Origin: an uncultured Acidobacteriota bacterium
Lineage (GTDB): Bacteria; Acidobacteriota; Vicinamibacteria; Vicinamibacterales; 2-12-FULL-66-21
Assembly (NCBI GenBank): GCA_963749835.1
Contig: CAVVOD010000004.1
Coordinates: 361,061 to 425,060 of the forward strand
Length of the DNA stretch: 64,000 nucleotides
Direction: 5' to 3'
In this document: positions 1-8,836 of the stretch, piece by piece
Layout: each line of letters starts with the position of its first letter
Numbering within the stretch: the stretch's first letter is position 1
Position numbers and translations under genes: made by a program
Notes under the pieces: model-generated
Database searches by the model: none
Told to the model about the DNA's origin: nothing
What the model saw: the letters and a program-made list of their open reading frames with translations, nothing else

Positions 1-1317
1 GGTCTTGGCGGCCCCCTTTTCGATCTGTTCGAAGATGTCGGTGAGCATGTCGCCAAGGAAGATCGAGAGGATCGCCGGAGGGGCCTCGTTCGCGCCCAGC
101 CGGTGGTCGTTGCCGGCGCTGGCGATGCTGAATCGCAGCAGGCCCTGGAACTTGTTCACCGCGCGGAGCACCGCGGCGCAGAACACGAGGAACTGCACGT
201 TGTCGTGCGGCGTCTCGCCGGGACTGAGGAGATTGTTGCCGAGCTCATCGCTCATGCTCCAGTTCAGATGCTTGCCGGAGCCGTTCACCCCCGCGAAGGG
301 CTTCTCGTGCAGGAGGCAGGCGAGCCCGTACTTCGGCGCCACGCGCTTCAGCATCTCCATCGTCATCATCTGGTGGTCGGTGGCGACATTGGCGTTCTCG
401 AAGATCGGCGCGACTTCGTACTGTCCGGGCGCGACTTCGTTGTGCCGTGTCTTGATCGGCACACCGACCTTGTACAGCTCGCGCTCGCATTCCTGCATGT
501 AGGCGAGGACACGGTCGGGAATCGATCCGAAGTAGTGATCCTCCATCTCCTGTCCCTTCGGCGGCTTGGCGCCGAAGAGCGTGCGGCCCGCATTGATCAA
601 GTCGGGACGCGTGAAATAGAACTGGCGGTCGATGAGGAAGTACTCCTGCTCGGGCCCGCAGGTCGCGTAGACACGCTGCGCCTTTCCTCCGAACAGCTTC
701 AGGATCCGGACCGCCTGCTTCGAGACCGCTTCCATCGAGCGGAGGAGCGGCGTCTTCTTGTCGAGGGCGTCGCCGGTCCAGCTGAGGAAGGCCGTCGGGA
801 TGACGAGTGTCGTGCCGTTCGGCGTCACGAGGAGCCAGGGCGGGCTCGTGGGGTCCCACGCGGTGTAGCCGCGCGCTTCGAAGGTCGATCGCATGCCGCC
901 GGAGGGGAAGCTCGAGGCGTCGGGCTCACCCTTGATGAGTTCCTTGCCGTTGAATTCGGCGACGCCGCGGCCGTCAGGCGTCTGCGAGAGGAAGCTGTCG
1001 TGCTTCTCCGCCGTGATGCCGGTCATCGGCTGGAACCAGTGGGTGTAGTGCGTGGCGCCGTGCTCGACGGCCCAGTCCTTCAGCGCGCTGGCGATGATGT
1101 CGGCGACCGACGAATCGAGCGCCTCACCCTGCGCGACCGCACGCCTCAGTGCGCGGTAGACATCCTTGGGAAGCCGGGCCCGCTGAACCGTGTCGTTGAA
1201 CGTGAGGGAGCCAAAATCGTCGCTCATTTTCTTGGCGGCGACGACCGGCCGCTGGCTGATGGTCGTACCCCATTCACTGATGCTTCGAATGGCCTGGCCG
1301 GAGGAGGCGGAACCCAT
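1..1317 (-). CDS. glnN: glutamine synthetase type III (GlnN), N-terminal ~439 codons; the C-terminus lies beyond the left window edge
   Basis: Absent from the ORF track because it has no stop in the window. My minus-strand translation from ATG ~1317 runs open to nt 1: [92 protein letters not shown]. These are GS-III type signatures. The + ORF 103..1350 is its antisense shadow. Confidence 0.85.
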   Translation of the reverse strand, partial: MGSASSGQAIRSISEWGTTISQRPVVAAKKMSDDFGSLTFNDTVQRARLPKDVYRALRRAVAQGEALDSSVADIIASALKDWAVEHGATHYTHWFQPMTGITAEKHDSFLSQTPDGRGVAEFNGKELIKGEPDASSFPSGGMRSTFEARGYTAWDPTSPPWLLVTPNGTTLVIPTAFLSWTGDALDKKTPLLRSMEAVSKQAVRILKLFGGKAQRVYATCGPEQEYFLIDRQFYFTRPDLINAGRTLFGAKPPKGQEMEDHYFGSIPDRVLAYMQECERELYKVGVPIKTRHNEVAPGQYEVAPIFENANVATDHQMMTMEMLKRVAPKYGLACLLHEKPFAGVNGSGKHLNWSMSDELGNNLLSPGETPHDNVQFLVFCAAVLRAVNKFQGLLRFSIASAGNDHRLGANEAPPAILSIFLGDMLTDIFEQIEKGAAKT

Positions 1318-1460
1318 TTTTGTGTCCTTTCGTATTCGGCGGCTGGATGATGGCGCGGATGAAAAAATCTCCGAATGCGTATTATCTGTGCGGGTGAGTT
1401 GCGCTTCAAGTGGTCTGATGCCGCCTGACGACTTTCGGCAAATGGCGCGTGCAAACAAGA

Positions 1461-1479
1461 CAAAATTGTCTGAATTTTG
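1461..1479. promoter_or_regulatory. AT-rich inverted repeat CAAAATT-N5-AATTTTG about 145 nt upstream of glnN; candidate regulator binding site
   Basis: Perfect 7-bp inverted repeat with a 5-bp spacer, read directly. It sits in an unusually AT-rich patch of a GC-rich spacer upstream of the glnN start. No known motif assigned. Confidence 0.3.
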
Positions 1480-1520
1480 CAACCGGCAATTTCGTCGTTT
1501 TGGGCGTCCGGACGACGCCC

Positions 1521-2489
1521 CTACCAGCGGATGGTGTGCGGCTCGTACGGATCTTCCAGCCTGCGGAGATCCTCGGCGGACAACGTCAGGTCGAGCGCGG
1601 CGACGGCCTGATCGAGCTGCTCCATTTTCGACGCGCCGACAATCGGCGCGGTGATCCCCGGTTTGTGGAGCACCCACGCGAGCGCGATCTGCGCCGACGA
1701 GACGCCGCGCTCGCGCGCCAGCGCGGCCACCTGATCGACAATGCGGAAGTCGGACTCCGCGTAGTAGAGCCTGTGTGCGATGTCGTCTGTCCGCGCGCGC
1801 TCGGTGTCCGCTTTGTCGCGCCGGTTCCCGGCGAGGAAGCCACGTGCGAGCGGGCTCCACGGAATGACGCCGATCCCTTCCGCCTCGCAGAGCGGCAGCA
1901 TCTCGCGCTCCTCCTCCCGATAGACGAGATTGTAGTGGTTCTGCATCGACACGAAACGCGTCCATCCGTGCCGCCCGGCGAGCTGGAGCGCGGTCGTAAA
2001 CTGCCAGGCCCACATGCTCGATGCGCCGATGTAGCGCGCCTTCCCGGCGCGCACGACGTCGTGGAGCGCGAGGAGCGTCTCCTCGATTGGCGTGTCCGGA
2101 TCCCACCGGTGGATTTGATAGAGGTCCACGTAGTCGGTGCCCAGCCTCCGGAGCGAGGCGTCGATCGCGGACAGGATGTGCTTCCTCGACAGCCCGCGAT
2201 CGTTCGGGTTGGTGGACATCGGGTAGAACACTTTTGTGGCGATGACCACATGGTCGCGAGTGGCGAAGTCGCGCACGGCGCGGCCAAGGATCTCTTCGGA
2301 GACGCCGTTCGAGTACATGTCCGCGGTATCGAAGAAGTTGATGCCGTACTCGAGCGCGCGCTTGATGAACGGACGTCCGGCGTCCTCAGTCAGCACCCAC
2401 GAGCGCCACGCCGGATCGCCGTACGTCATCGTCCCCAGGCAGAGTTTCGAGACCTTCAGGCCCGTCCGGCCGAGACTCACGTAGTCCAT
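1521..2489 (-). CDS. aldo/keto reductase family oxidoreductase
   Basis: 322-aa [27 protein letters not shown].., ..[11 protein letters not shown].., ..[11 protein letters not shown].. are the typical AKR N-terminal and active-site context. Confidence 0.9.
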   Translation of the reverse strand: MDYVSLGRTGLKVSKLCLGTMTYGDPAWRSWVLTEDAGRPFIKRALEYGINFFDTADMYSNGVSEEILGRAVRDFATRDHVVIATKVFYPMSTNPNDRGLSRKHILSAIDASLRRLGTDYVDLYQIHRWDPDTPIEETLLALHDVVRAGKARYIGASSMWAWQFTTALQLAGRHGWTRFVSMQNHYNLVYREEEREMLPLCEAEGIGVIPWSPLARGFLAGNRRDKADTERARTDDIAHRLYYAESDFRIVDQVAALARERGVSSAQIALAWVLHKPGITAPIVGASKMEQLDQAVAALDLTLSAEDLRRLEDPYEPHTIRW

Positions 2490-2522
2490 CCCTCAGATGT
2501 TACTTCGGCCGGTACCTTCGCC

Positions 2523-2603
2523 GGGGTCAAACCCCGGTCGTCGCTTTACGTACTTCTGGTATCACGGCGGGTGGGGTCAGACCCCGGTCGTCGGATTACG
2601 CAC
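2523..2603. repeat. two copies, 50 nt apart, of a 31-nt repeat GGGGTCARACCCCGGTCGTCSSWTTACRYAC containing the palindrome GGGGTC-A-GACCCC
   Basis: Copies at 2523-2553 and 2573-2603. A third copy at 31872-31902 matches copy 2 at 29 of 31 positions. Confidence 0.8.
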
Positions 2604-2615
2604 TTTTTAGCGGGG

Positions 2616-2885
2616 CTATCGCTCGTGGAGGCGGTACGCGAGCTCGCCGGCTTCAATCCTGATCGGCAACTGGTTCTCGCGGGTCGGGAGCGGGCATGTC
2701 GCGAAATCGGTGAAGGCGCACGGAGGGTTGTACGCGTGGTCGAAGTCGAGGATGACGATGCCGTCCTGCGGGAGCGGCGTGTGGAGAAAACGGCCGGCGG
2801 GATTGGTGGCGTCCCGGCTGGTCAGATCCTTGAAAATGAAGAACAGATCCTTCCGCTCGTCGGTTTCGTAGATGAGAGCTGACAG
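2616..2885 (-). pseudogene. DUF1684 family protein, C-terminal remnant (~88 codons, no start codon)
   Basis: My minus-strand translation gives [86 protein letters not shown]. It carries the DUF1684 hallmark (LDFNxAYNPPCA..CP.P..EN.L). An in-frame TAG lies immediately upstream inside the heptamer array. There is no room for the N-terminal half before dinB. Confidence 0.6.
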
Positions 2886-2930
2886 CTAATAGCTGACAGC
2901 TGAGAGCTGAGAGCTGAGAGCTGAGAGCTG
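2874..2930. repeat. tandem heptamer array (NANAGCT)x8, mostly GAGAGCT
   Basis: gagagct gacagct aatagct gacagct gagagct gagagct gagagct gagagct, read directly. The same family in opposite orientation is at 8503-8573. Confidence 0.9.
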
Positions 2931-3025
2931 CCCCCCGTGCGTGTTACGCTCGTCGAACCCTGTCACCCGGACCGTGTGCCGTCGGCCTCGCGAACCGGCG
3001 CGCAACGGCTGTCCGTGCTGCGAAC

Positions 3026-4135
3026 ATGCTGAACGTGCGCCGCATCCTTCACATCGACATGGACGCGTTCTACGCCTCGGTGGAGCAGCGCGACAAACCG
3101 GAGCTGCGCGGCCTGCCTGTTGCTGTCGGCGGATCGCCGGAACATCGCGGGGTCGTGGCGGCCGCGAGTTACGAGGCGCGGGCATTCGGCGTGTACTCAG
3201 CGATTCCGATGTCTCGGGCGGTGCGACTGTGCCCGTCACTCGTGATTGTCCGGCCTGATTTCGCGCGCTACAAGGCGGCGTCGCAGGCCGTGTTCGACAT
3301 CTTCCGGTCGGTCACGCCGCTGGTCGAACCGCTGTCGCTCGACGAGGCCTACCTCGACGTCACCGACAACGCGTGGGGGGAGCCGCTTGGCCGGACGGTC
3401 GCCGGCCGGCTGAAAGTGGAAATCCGCGCGGCAACCGGTCTCACAGCGTCGGCGGGGGTCGCGCCCAACAAGTTTCTCGCGAAGATCGCGTCGGGATGGA
3501 AGAAGCCGGACGGCCTGACCGTCATCCCACCTGGGCGTGTCGAACAATTCCTGCACAGGTTGCCGGTGGACGCGCTGTGGGGCGTGGGGCCCGTCACTGC
3601 AAAGCGGCTTCGGGAGCGCGGCATCGAACGTCTCGTGGACGTTCGCGCGATCGATGAGACGGTCCTCCGGGAGGCCGTCGGCAGTAACGCCGACTGGCTG
3701 CGTCAACTGGCCGCGGGCATCGACGATCGGCCGGTCGTGCCCAACCGCTCGGCAAAGTCGTCCGGCACCGAGAACACGTTTTCGGACGACCTGACCGACC
3801 TGTCGCAGATTCGCGCGGAGGTCGATGAAATGGCCCGGGGGGGCGCCGCCTGGCTCGAGCGAAGGACGCTGACCTGCCGGACGGTGACGATCAAAGTCCG
3901 GTACTCAGATTTCACGACGATCACGCGCAGCCATTCGACGGTGCCCTCGACGCGAGATCCCGACGACATCGCCGCACGAGCGGTGGCGCTCCTCGAACGC
4001 ACCGAGGCCGGCCAGCGCCCGGTGCGGCTTCTGGGTGTGAGCGTGCACAACCTGATCGATCCGTCTGGAGCGCCGGAAGAGGAAGTCGCCGCGCTGCCGC
4101 TGTTCGACAACAGCAGCGCGGATGAAGAGGACTAG
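3026..4135 (+). CDS. dinB: DNA polymerase IV (Y-family translesion polymerase)
   Basis: 369-aa ORF. ILHIDMDAFYASVEQRD.., ..SLDEAYLDVT.., ..ASAGVAPNKFLAKIAS.. are canonical DinB motifs. Confidence 0.95.
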   Translation: MLNVRRILHIDMDAFYASVEQRDKPELRGLPVAVGGSPEHRGVVAAASYEARAFGVYSAIPMSRAVRLCPSLVIVRPDFARYKAASQAVFDIFRSVTPLVEPLSLDEAYLDVTDNAWGEPLGRTVAGRLKVEIRAATGLTASAGVAPNKFLAKIASGWKKPDGLTVIPPGRVEQFLHRLPVDALWGVGPVTAKRLRERGIERLVDVRAIDETVLREAVGSNADWLRQLAAGIDDRPVVPNRSAKSSGTENTFSDDLTDLSQIRAEVDEMARGGAAWLERRTLTCRTVTIKVRYSDFTTITRSHSTVPSTRDPDDIAARAVALLERTEAGQRPVRLLGVSVHNLIDPSGAPEEEVAALPLFDNSSADEED

Positions 4136-5739
4136 AGCGCCGGAGTTTCCTTGCGCGTCCGGGCACGGGGCGCGCGCGGCTTCGCGGGACCCTTCCGCGC
4201 CTTCGTGGCCGCACCATCCGCAGACTTGCGCCTGCCCTCCGACGATGCCGACGGAGATTTTGCCTGGGTCTTCGACCCTGATGCCGTCTTGCGGCCGCCA
4301 CGGCTCCGGGTCCTCGCCGGGGCAGCAACGGGCTCGGGCTGCGGCTCGGCGTTCTCGACACCGTCGACGATCGGCGGTGCGGCGTTCATTTCCTGAACCA
4401 CGTCTCCCTCGACGACTTCCGTCTCGACGGCCGCGACCGTTGCGGACCACTCCTCCACGGGCGACTCGTCGATGGGCTGCGGCTCCGCCACGTTCCCGCG
4501 GTTGTCGTCCTCGTCGCCCGCCGCCTGGGGACGGTCGGCGGCCTGCATGATGTTGCCGGGGAACACCCGCATCACACCCTGGCGATCCCGCTCGATTCGG
4601 AACAGCCCCTCGCGCTGACACGCGCGCAGCAGGTCCACGAGGCTGGCGAACCCGAACTTCCGCTCGTCGAACGTCGAATCGATATTGCGAAGGAACTGCT
4701 TGGCCTGCCGGATGTACATCGGCCAGCGCGGGGGAGTCTGCGCCGACTGGAACAGCCGCCGAACTTCGCGGATGCCGTCGGCCGTCCGCGGTTCGGGCTC
4801 GCCGTTGACCGGCATCGCGTCCGCCTGGACGCCATCCGCCTGCTCTCGCTTTGGCTGCGGTTGCGAGTATTGCTGCGGGGCGCGAGGCTCGCGCGATTCA
4901 CGCGGCTCTTCCACCGATGCCACGACGCCGCTGCCCTCGGCGAGCTCGACGAGCACATTCCGGCCGGACTCACGGAGGACGACATGCCCTGCCGACGCCA
5001 GCTTCTGCGCGAAGTCACGGAAGCTGCCGGCGCCGTACGTCCGCTCGGAGAAGGTGGAATCGAGCTGCAGCAACGTGCTCTTCAGCAGACCCAGCTGCGG
5101 AGAGACCTCGCGATCGCTCAGCACCTTCAGCGCGCGTCGCACCAGCGGCACGGCCACTTCGATCGACGTCTGCGAGACGGGACCGGCCTGCCGTCCGCGA
5201 TCGGCCGGCGAGCGTCTCGAACCCACGAGGTTTTCGTAGGCGATGAACTCGTGACAATTGCGCTGCATGACCATGCTGGTGAACGCGCGGCCGCCCACCA
5301 CGAAGATCTGCTTGTCGTACTGCTTCAGCTTTTCGACGAGCGTGATGAAATCGCTGTCGCCGCCGACGATCACATACGCGTTGATGTGACCGTGGGTGAA
5401 CGCCATTTCGAGCGCGTCGAGCGCAAGGTTGATGTCGGCGCCGTTCTTGTCGCCGCCCGGTGTGAGGTTCCGCTGGACCAGTTTCGTCGCATGCTGCGTG
5501 AGCGACCGGCTGTAGTCCCCCGCGCGTGTCCAGTCGCCGTAGGCGATCTTCGAGACGACGTCGCCGCGCTCTTTGAGAGCCTCGAGGACGACGCCGATGT
5601 CGAACTGCACACCCAGTGTGCTCTTGACGCCGATTTCGATGTTGTCGAAGTCGATAAAAACCGCGATCTTCAGTCGTGTGTCTGCCAAAACGTTCTGTCT
5701 TCCCTTCCGTACAGCCGCGTCCAATCGCGGCCCGGCCAA
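4132..5739 (-). CDS. NYN (LabA/limkain-b1 type) domain protein with two OST-HTH/LOTUS domains and a basic low-complexity tail
   Basis: KIAVFIDFDNIE..AYGDW..GADINLALDALE..VIVGGDSDFITLVEKL is the NYN core. Two OST-HTH-like segments follow (..LGLLKSTLLQLDSTFSERTYGAGSFRDFA.. and ..IRQAKQFLRNIDSTFDERKFGFASLVDLL..). The C-terminus is K/R/P/A-rich. The listed start is TTG; a start nearer ~5688 is possible. Confidence 0.85.
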   Translation of the reverse strand: MAGPRLDAAVRKGRQNVLADTRLKIAVFIDFDNIEIGVKSTLGVQFDIGVVLEALKERGDVVSKIAYGDWTRAGDYSRSLTQHATKLVQRNLTPGGDKNGADINLALDALEMAFTHGHINAYVIVGGDSDFITLVEKLKQYDKQIFVVGGRAFTSMVMQRNCHEFIAYENLVGSRRSPADRGRQAGPVSQTSIEVAVPLVRRALKVLSDREVSPQLGLLKSTLLQLDSTFSERTYGAGSFRDFAQKLASAGHVVLRESGRNVLVELAEGSGVVASVEEPRESREPRAPQQYSQPQPKREQADGVQADAMPVNGEPEPRTADGIREVRRLFQSAQTPPRWPMYIRQAKQFLRNIDSTFDERKFGFASLVDLLRACQREGLFRIERDRQGVMRVFPGNIMQAADRPQAAGDEDDNRGNVAEPQPIDESPVEEWSATVAAVETEVVEGDVVQEMNAAPPIVDGVENAEPQPEPVAAPARTRSRGGRKTASGSKTQAKSPSASSEGRRKSADGAATKARKGPAKPRAPRARTRKETPAL

Positions 5740-5774
5740 ATGGGCCGTCCGTCTATTATGGACTCATTCGAGGT

Positions 5775-5989
5775 GATCGACTCGGGATCCGGGACTCGGG
5801 ACTGGGGATTCGTGGCCGAGCTGGACTGCCAGAGATCGAGCCCGAATCCCGAGTCCGGTCCTATCGAGTCCCGAATCCCGACTGACCGAGTCCCGAATCC
5901 CGACTGACCGAATCCCGAATCCCGACCGACCGAATCCCAAATCCCCACTGACCGATCCCGAGTCCCGAGTCCCGGATCCCGAGTCGATC
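5775..5989. repeat. composite hairpin element: 29-bp perfect terminal inverted repeats (5775-5803 / 5961-5989) enclosing 4 tandem 22-bp units (5866-5953) built from CCCGARY heptamers
   Basis: gatcgactcgggatccgggactcgggact is the exact reverse complement of agtcccgagtcccggatcccgagtcgatc. The units are gagtcccgaatcccgactgacc x2, gaatcccgaatcccgaccgacc and gaatcccaaatccccactgacc. Confidence 0.9.
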
Positions 5990-7235
5990 ATTTCTGCCGG
6001 ACGTCGAACGCCGTCACATTGTCCTGATCGCGGATGAAGAGCTTGCCGTTCGAGACGACGGGATGGCTCCATGTCGGCAGGCTGCCGGTTGGAATCTGGA
6101 AGCGGCCGTGCTCCCGGTATCCGGCCGGGCTGGCCTCGGCGAGGCCGACGACTCCCTGCTCACTGTAGAGGTACAGCCGGTCGTCCGCGAAGACCACGGA
6201 TCCCTTGCCCACGCTGCGATCTCGCCACGCGACCTCGCCGCTGTCGAACTTCATGGCGGTCAGGATCGCGTCGGAGAACCCATAGAGATGATCGCCGATG
6301 AGCACCGAGCTCGCGTGATGGTTCCGCATCTCGCGCGTGAAGTAGACCTGCTTCGCGTCGATGCGGCCGCTCCCCGGCGTCAGCTCGAGGAGCGCGGCCC
6401 CTGTGCTGTAGCCCGACGAGAGGAACACGTGGTTCCCACGGACAATCGGCGTCGCGATGTTGGCCGTGCGGTTGGCGACCTGGGTGTAACTCCACTGCAG
6501 CTTCCCGGTTTCGATGTCGATGCCGAGCGCCCGTTCACCGGTGAAATAGATGGCTTCTCGGATGCCTCCGGCTTCGTGGAGCACGGCCGACGAGTACCCG
6601 GGCTCATCCGCGAGGCTCTTCCAGATAAGGGAACCGTCCGTCTTCTTGAGCGCCACGATGGAGGCTCCCTGGCCTCCGGGGCTGACGAGGATCCGATCGC
6701 TCAACACCAGCGGCGATTCGCTGAGCCCCCACTGAATGTTCCGGCCACCGAACTTCTCCAGGACGTTGACCTTCCAGAACACCTTGCCCGTGGCGGACTC
6801 CACGGCCGCGAGATCACCGCTGGCGCCGAACACATACAGGCGGTCGCCGTCCACCGTCGGCGTGGCCCTTGGACCGTCGCCCCGATCATTTCCGAACTGG
6901 CGGCCGTGCGGGACCTCCCACAGCTTCTTACCGGTCGCGGAATCGAACGCCATCACATATTCGGTCCCACCTCGTGCGCCGAGGGTATACAGGCGCCCGT
7001 TGCCGGTCGCGAAGGATGAGTAGCCCGCGCCGGCGCCCGCGGCGCGCCACGCGACGGGAGGTCCGGTCTTTGGCCAGTCCTTGAGAAGGCCCTTCTCGAC
7101 CGACACGCCGTCCCGCTTTGCGCCCCGCCACTGGGGCCAGTCGTCCAGCGAACGGTTCGAAACCGCCGCCGGGAGGGAGAGCATGGCAATTACGGCCAGG
7201 GCAGGACCCGCCGAACGGCGAAAGCGTGAATTCAT
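5988..7235 (-). CDS. secreted PQQ-like / BamB-type beta-propeller repeat protein
   Basis: ORF 5988..7322. I prefer the internal ATG at 7235 (MNSRFRRSAGPALAVIAMLSLPAAVS signal peptide, GGAG about 8 nt upstream). Repeated ..W....G......P.v.dg.vy.. blades are typical of PQQ-like propellers. Confidence 0.85.
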   Translation of the reverse strand: MNSRFRRSAGPALAVIAMLSLPAAVSNRSLDDWPQWRGAKRDGVSVEKGLLKDWPKTGPPVAWRAAGAGAGYSSFATGNGRLYTLGARGGTEYVMAFDSATGKKLWEVPHGRQFGNDRGDGPRATPTVDGDRLYVFGASGDLAAVESATGKVFWKVNVLEKFGGRNIQWGLSESPLVLSDRILVSPGGQGASIVALKKTDGSLIWKSLADEPGYSSAVLHEAGGIREAIYFTGERALGIDIETGKLQWSYTQVANRTANIATPIVRGNHVFLSSGYSTGAALLELTPGSGRIDAKQVYFTREMRNHHASSVLIGDHLYGFSDAILTAMKFDSGEVAWRDRSVGKGSVVFADDRLYLYSEQGVVGLAEASPAGYREHGRFQIPTGSLPTWSHPVVSNGKLFIRDQDNVTAFDVRQK

Positions 7236-7330
7236 TGAGACGCTCCAGATTGCAAAGTTTAGCTTTGGACGCCGCCGGTCCGTGATCGGACTGTCCGGTG
7301 CTCGCGTTGCGGATGAGGACAATCGTTCCG

Positions 7331-8476
7331 CTATTGGACGATCTTGATTCCTCGCAGGTCGATACGCGTAACCGGGGCCTCTCCGTTTACCGGCGCCTGG
7401 TCCATTGCGTCAACCGCCGGCATGCCGTCGACGACCCGGCCGAACACCGTGTACTTGCCGTCGAGCGAGCTCGCGTTGCCGGTCACGATGAAGAAGGATG
7501 TCATCGCGCTTCCCGGGTCGTCGCCCCGCGCCATCGAGATGATGCCTTTCACGTGCTTCGTCTCGTTGAACTCCGGCTGAATCCTGCGGACGTACTTCTG
7601 CTGGCGCTCCGAGAGCGGTCCGCGCGTATTCAGCGCGCCCCCCTGGATGACGAAGCCACGCACGACGCGGTGGAAGGCGGTGCCGTCGAACACACCCGAC
7701 TGCGCGAGCCGGAGGAAATTGCGGACGTGCTCGGGTGCGAGATCCGGGAAGAATTCGATCGTGATCGGTCCAACGCTCGTATCGAGCACCGCGCGGTACC
7801 TGGCCAGTTCCGCTGCGGTCTCGGTCGAAAACGGGTCCGGCTCGGGTGGCGGCGTGTCGCGGATCGTCACCGACTCGATGACGATGCGTTCGGCGGGAAG
7901 TCCGTCGGCTGACGCGGGGGCCTCGGAAATTTTCTGCACGACGTCCATCCCCTCGAGCACGCGGCCGAAAACGGTGTACTTGCCATCGAGAGCGGGCTGG
8001 TCCGTCACGCAGACGAAGAACTGCGCGCCGCCGCTGTCCGGACGACTGGGCTGCAGGACCGCGGCGACCGCACCGCGCGTGGCGCGCTCGGCGTTCGGTT
8101 CCGCCGCGAGAATTCCGAGGCCGCCGGTCCCATACAGCTTCACCTTCGAGGGATCCCTGGACAGCGGATCTCCGCCCTGAACGATCGCAAGCCGGATGAC
8201 GCGGTGGAAGATCGTCCCGTTGAACGCGCGCTCGCGCGCGAGCTTGATGAAATAGCCGACATGATTCGGCGCGAGGTCCGGTCGCAGGGCGACGACGAAC
8301 ACACCGGCGGACGTCGTGACGACCGCCTGCTTGCCCGTCATCTCCGCCATGCTCAGCGTCGTCGTATACGGCGCCGCCGGCCTGGCTGGTTTCTGAGTGC
8401 CGCGCTGGAGGGCAGCGTCCGGCGCCGCAGCGAGGGCGGCGATGATCGGAAGGAGGAGCGGCGCGAGCATGGGCAT
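7331..8476 (-). CDS. secreted peptidylprolyl isomerase with two tandem cyclophilin domains
   Basis: 381 aa with a signal peptide. Two copies of the cyclophilin core are present (..FHRVIRLAIVQGGDP.. and ..FHRVVRGFVIQGG.., each followed by ..LDGKYTVFGRV..GMD.V..I). Confidence 0.9.
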   Translation of the reverse strand: MPMLAPLLLPIIAALAAAPDAALQRGTQKPARPAAPYTTTLSMAEMTGKQAVVTTSAGVFVVALRPDLAPNHVGYFIKLARERAFNGTIFHRVIRLAIVQGGDPLSRDPSKVKLYGTGGLGILAAEPNAERATRGAVAAVLQPSRPDSGGAQFFVCVTDQPALDGKYTVFGRVLEGMDVVQKISEAPASADGLPAERIVIESVTIRDTPPPEPDPFSTETAAELARYRAVLDTSVGPITIEFFPDLAPEHVRNFLRLAQSGVFDGTAFHRVVRGFVIQGGALNTRGPLSERQQKYVRRIQPEFNETKHVKGIISMARGDDPGSAMTSFFIVTGNASSLDGKYTVFGRVVDGMPAVDAMDQAPVNGEAPVTRIDLRGIKIVQ

Positions 8477-8502
8477 GCGCGAATTATACGGGGCGGGCAG
8501 TT

Positions 8503-8612
8503 CTCAGCTATTCAGCTCTCAGCTCTCAGCTCTCAGCTCTCAGCTATCAGATCTCAGCTCTCGGCTAACAGGCTTTTCCGGCGAGCCCCGGGCCCCGAAT
8601 CCCGAGTCCCGA
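8503..8612. repeat. tandem heptamer array (CTCAGCT)n, about 10 units (8503-8573), followed by a short CCCGARY run (8590-8612)
   Basis: tcagcta ttcagct ctcagct x4 atcagat ctcagct ctcggct, then ccccgaatcccgagtcccgaac. Read directly. Confidence 0.85.
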
Positions 8613-8836
8613 ACTGGACCTCAGCCCTCGCCGCGAGAGCGCGACGACAGATCTACTCATCCGCGCAGTCTCAGCAATATACGGATCGTGCTCCCTGAAC
8701 ATCGAAACGCAGTTCTCAGCCCAGCTTTTTACATCCCAATTAAGATATTGCAAACAAAGCACTTATGTCATGCATGGATACTACGGTAGCGGATGAGGCG
8801 GTGTAATGCTGAGTTAGAGGAGTATAGTGTCCTACC

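Noticed and set aside
103-1350. Long ORFs such as 103..1350(+), 1449..2882(+), 13368..15062(+), 17854..18828(+), 19347..20387(+), 24829..25872(-), 28343..29212(-), 28857..29993(-), 29350..30654(-), 33376..34570(+), 40933..42210(+), 43687..45420(+), 45986..47641(+), 46851..48218(-), 59167..60813(+), 62512..63621(-)
   Set aside because: All lie antisense to, or out of frame with, genes that have clear family signatures. They have the Arg/Ala/Gly/Pro/Asp-heavy, motif-free composition expected of shadow ORFs in high-GC DNA.
1440-1470. Sigma-54 type promoter (TTGCACGCGCCATTTGCC on the minus strand) upstream of glnN
   Set aside because: The -24 GG is not present (TG instead) and the GG-to-GC spacing is wrong by 2 nt. 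It does not meet the TGGCAC-N5-TTGC consensus.
2960-3030. Possible SOS (LexA) box upstream of dinB: GAACcggcgcgCAAC and GAACatgctGAAC
   Set aside because: The direct-repeat LexA box reported for Alphaproteobacteria and Acidobacterium is GTTC-N7-GTTC. The first candidate has a mismatch in the second half-site, and the second has N5 spacing and overlaps the start codon. This is too weak to call.
5866-5953. Four 22-bp direct repeats as a possible mini CRISPR array
   Set aside because: The units are contiguous with no spacers and are made of the same heptamers as the surrounding low-complexity DNA. No cas genes or leader are present.
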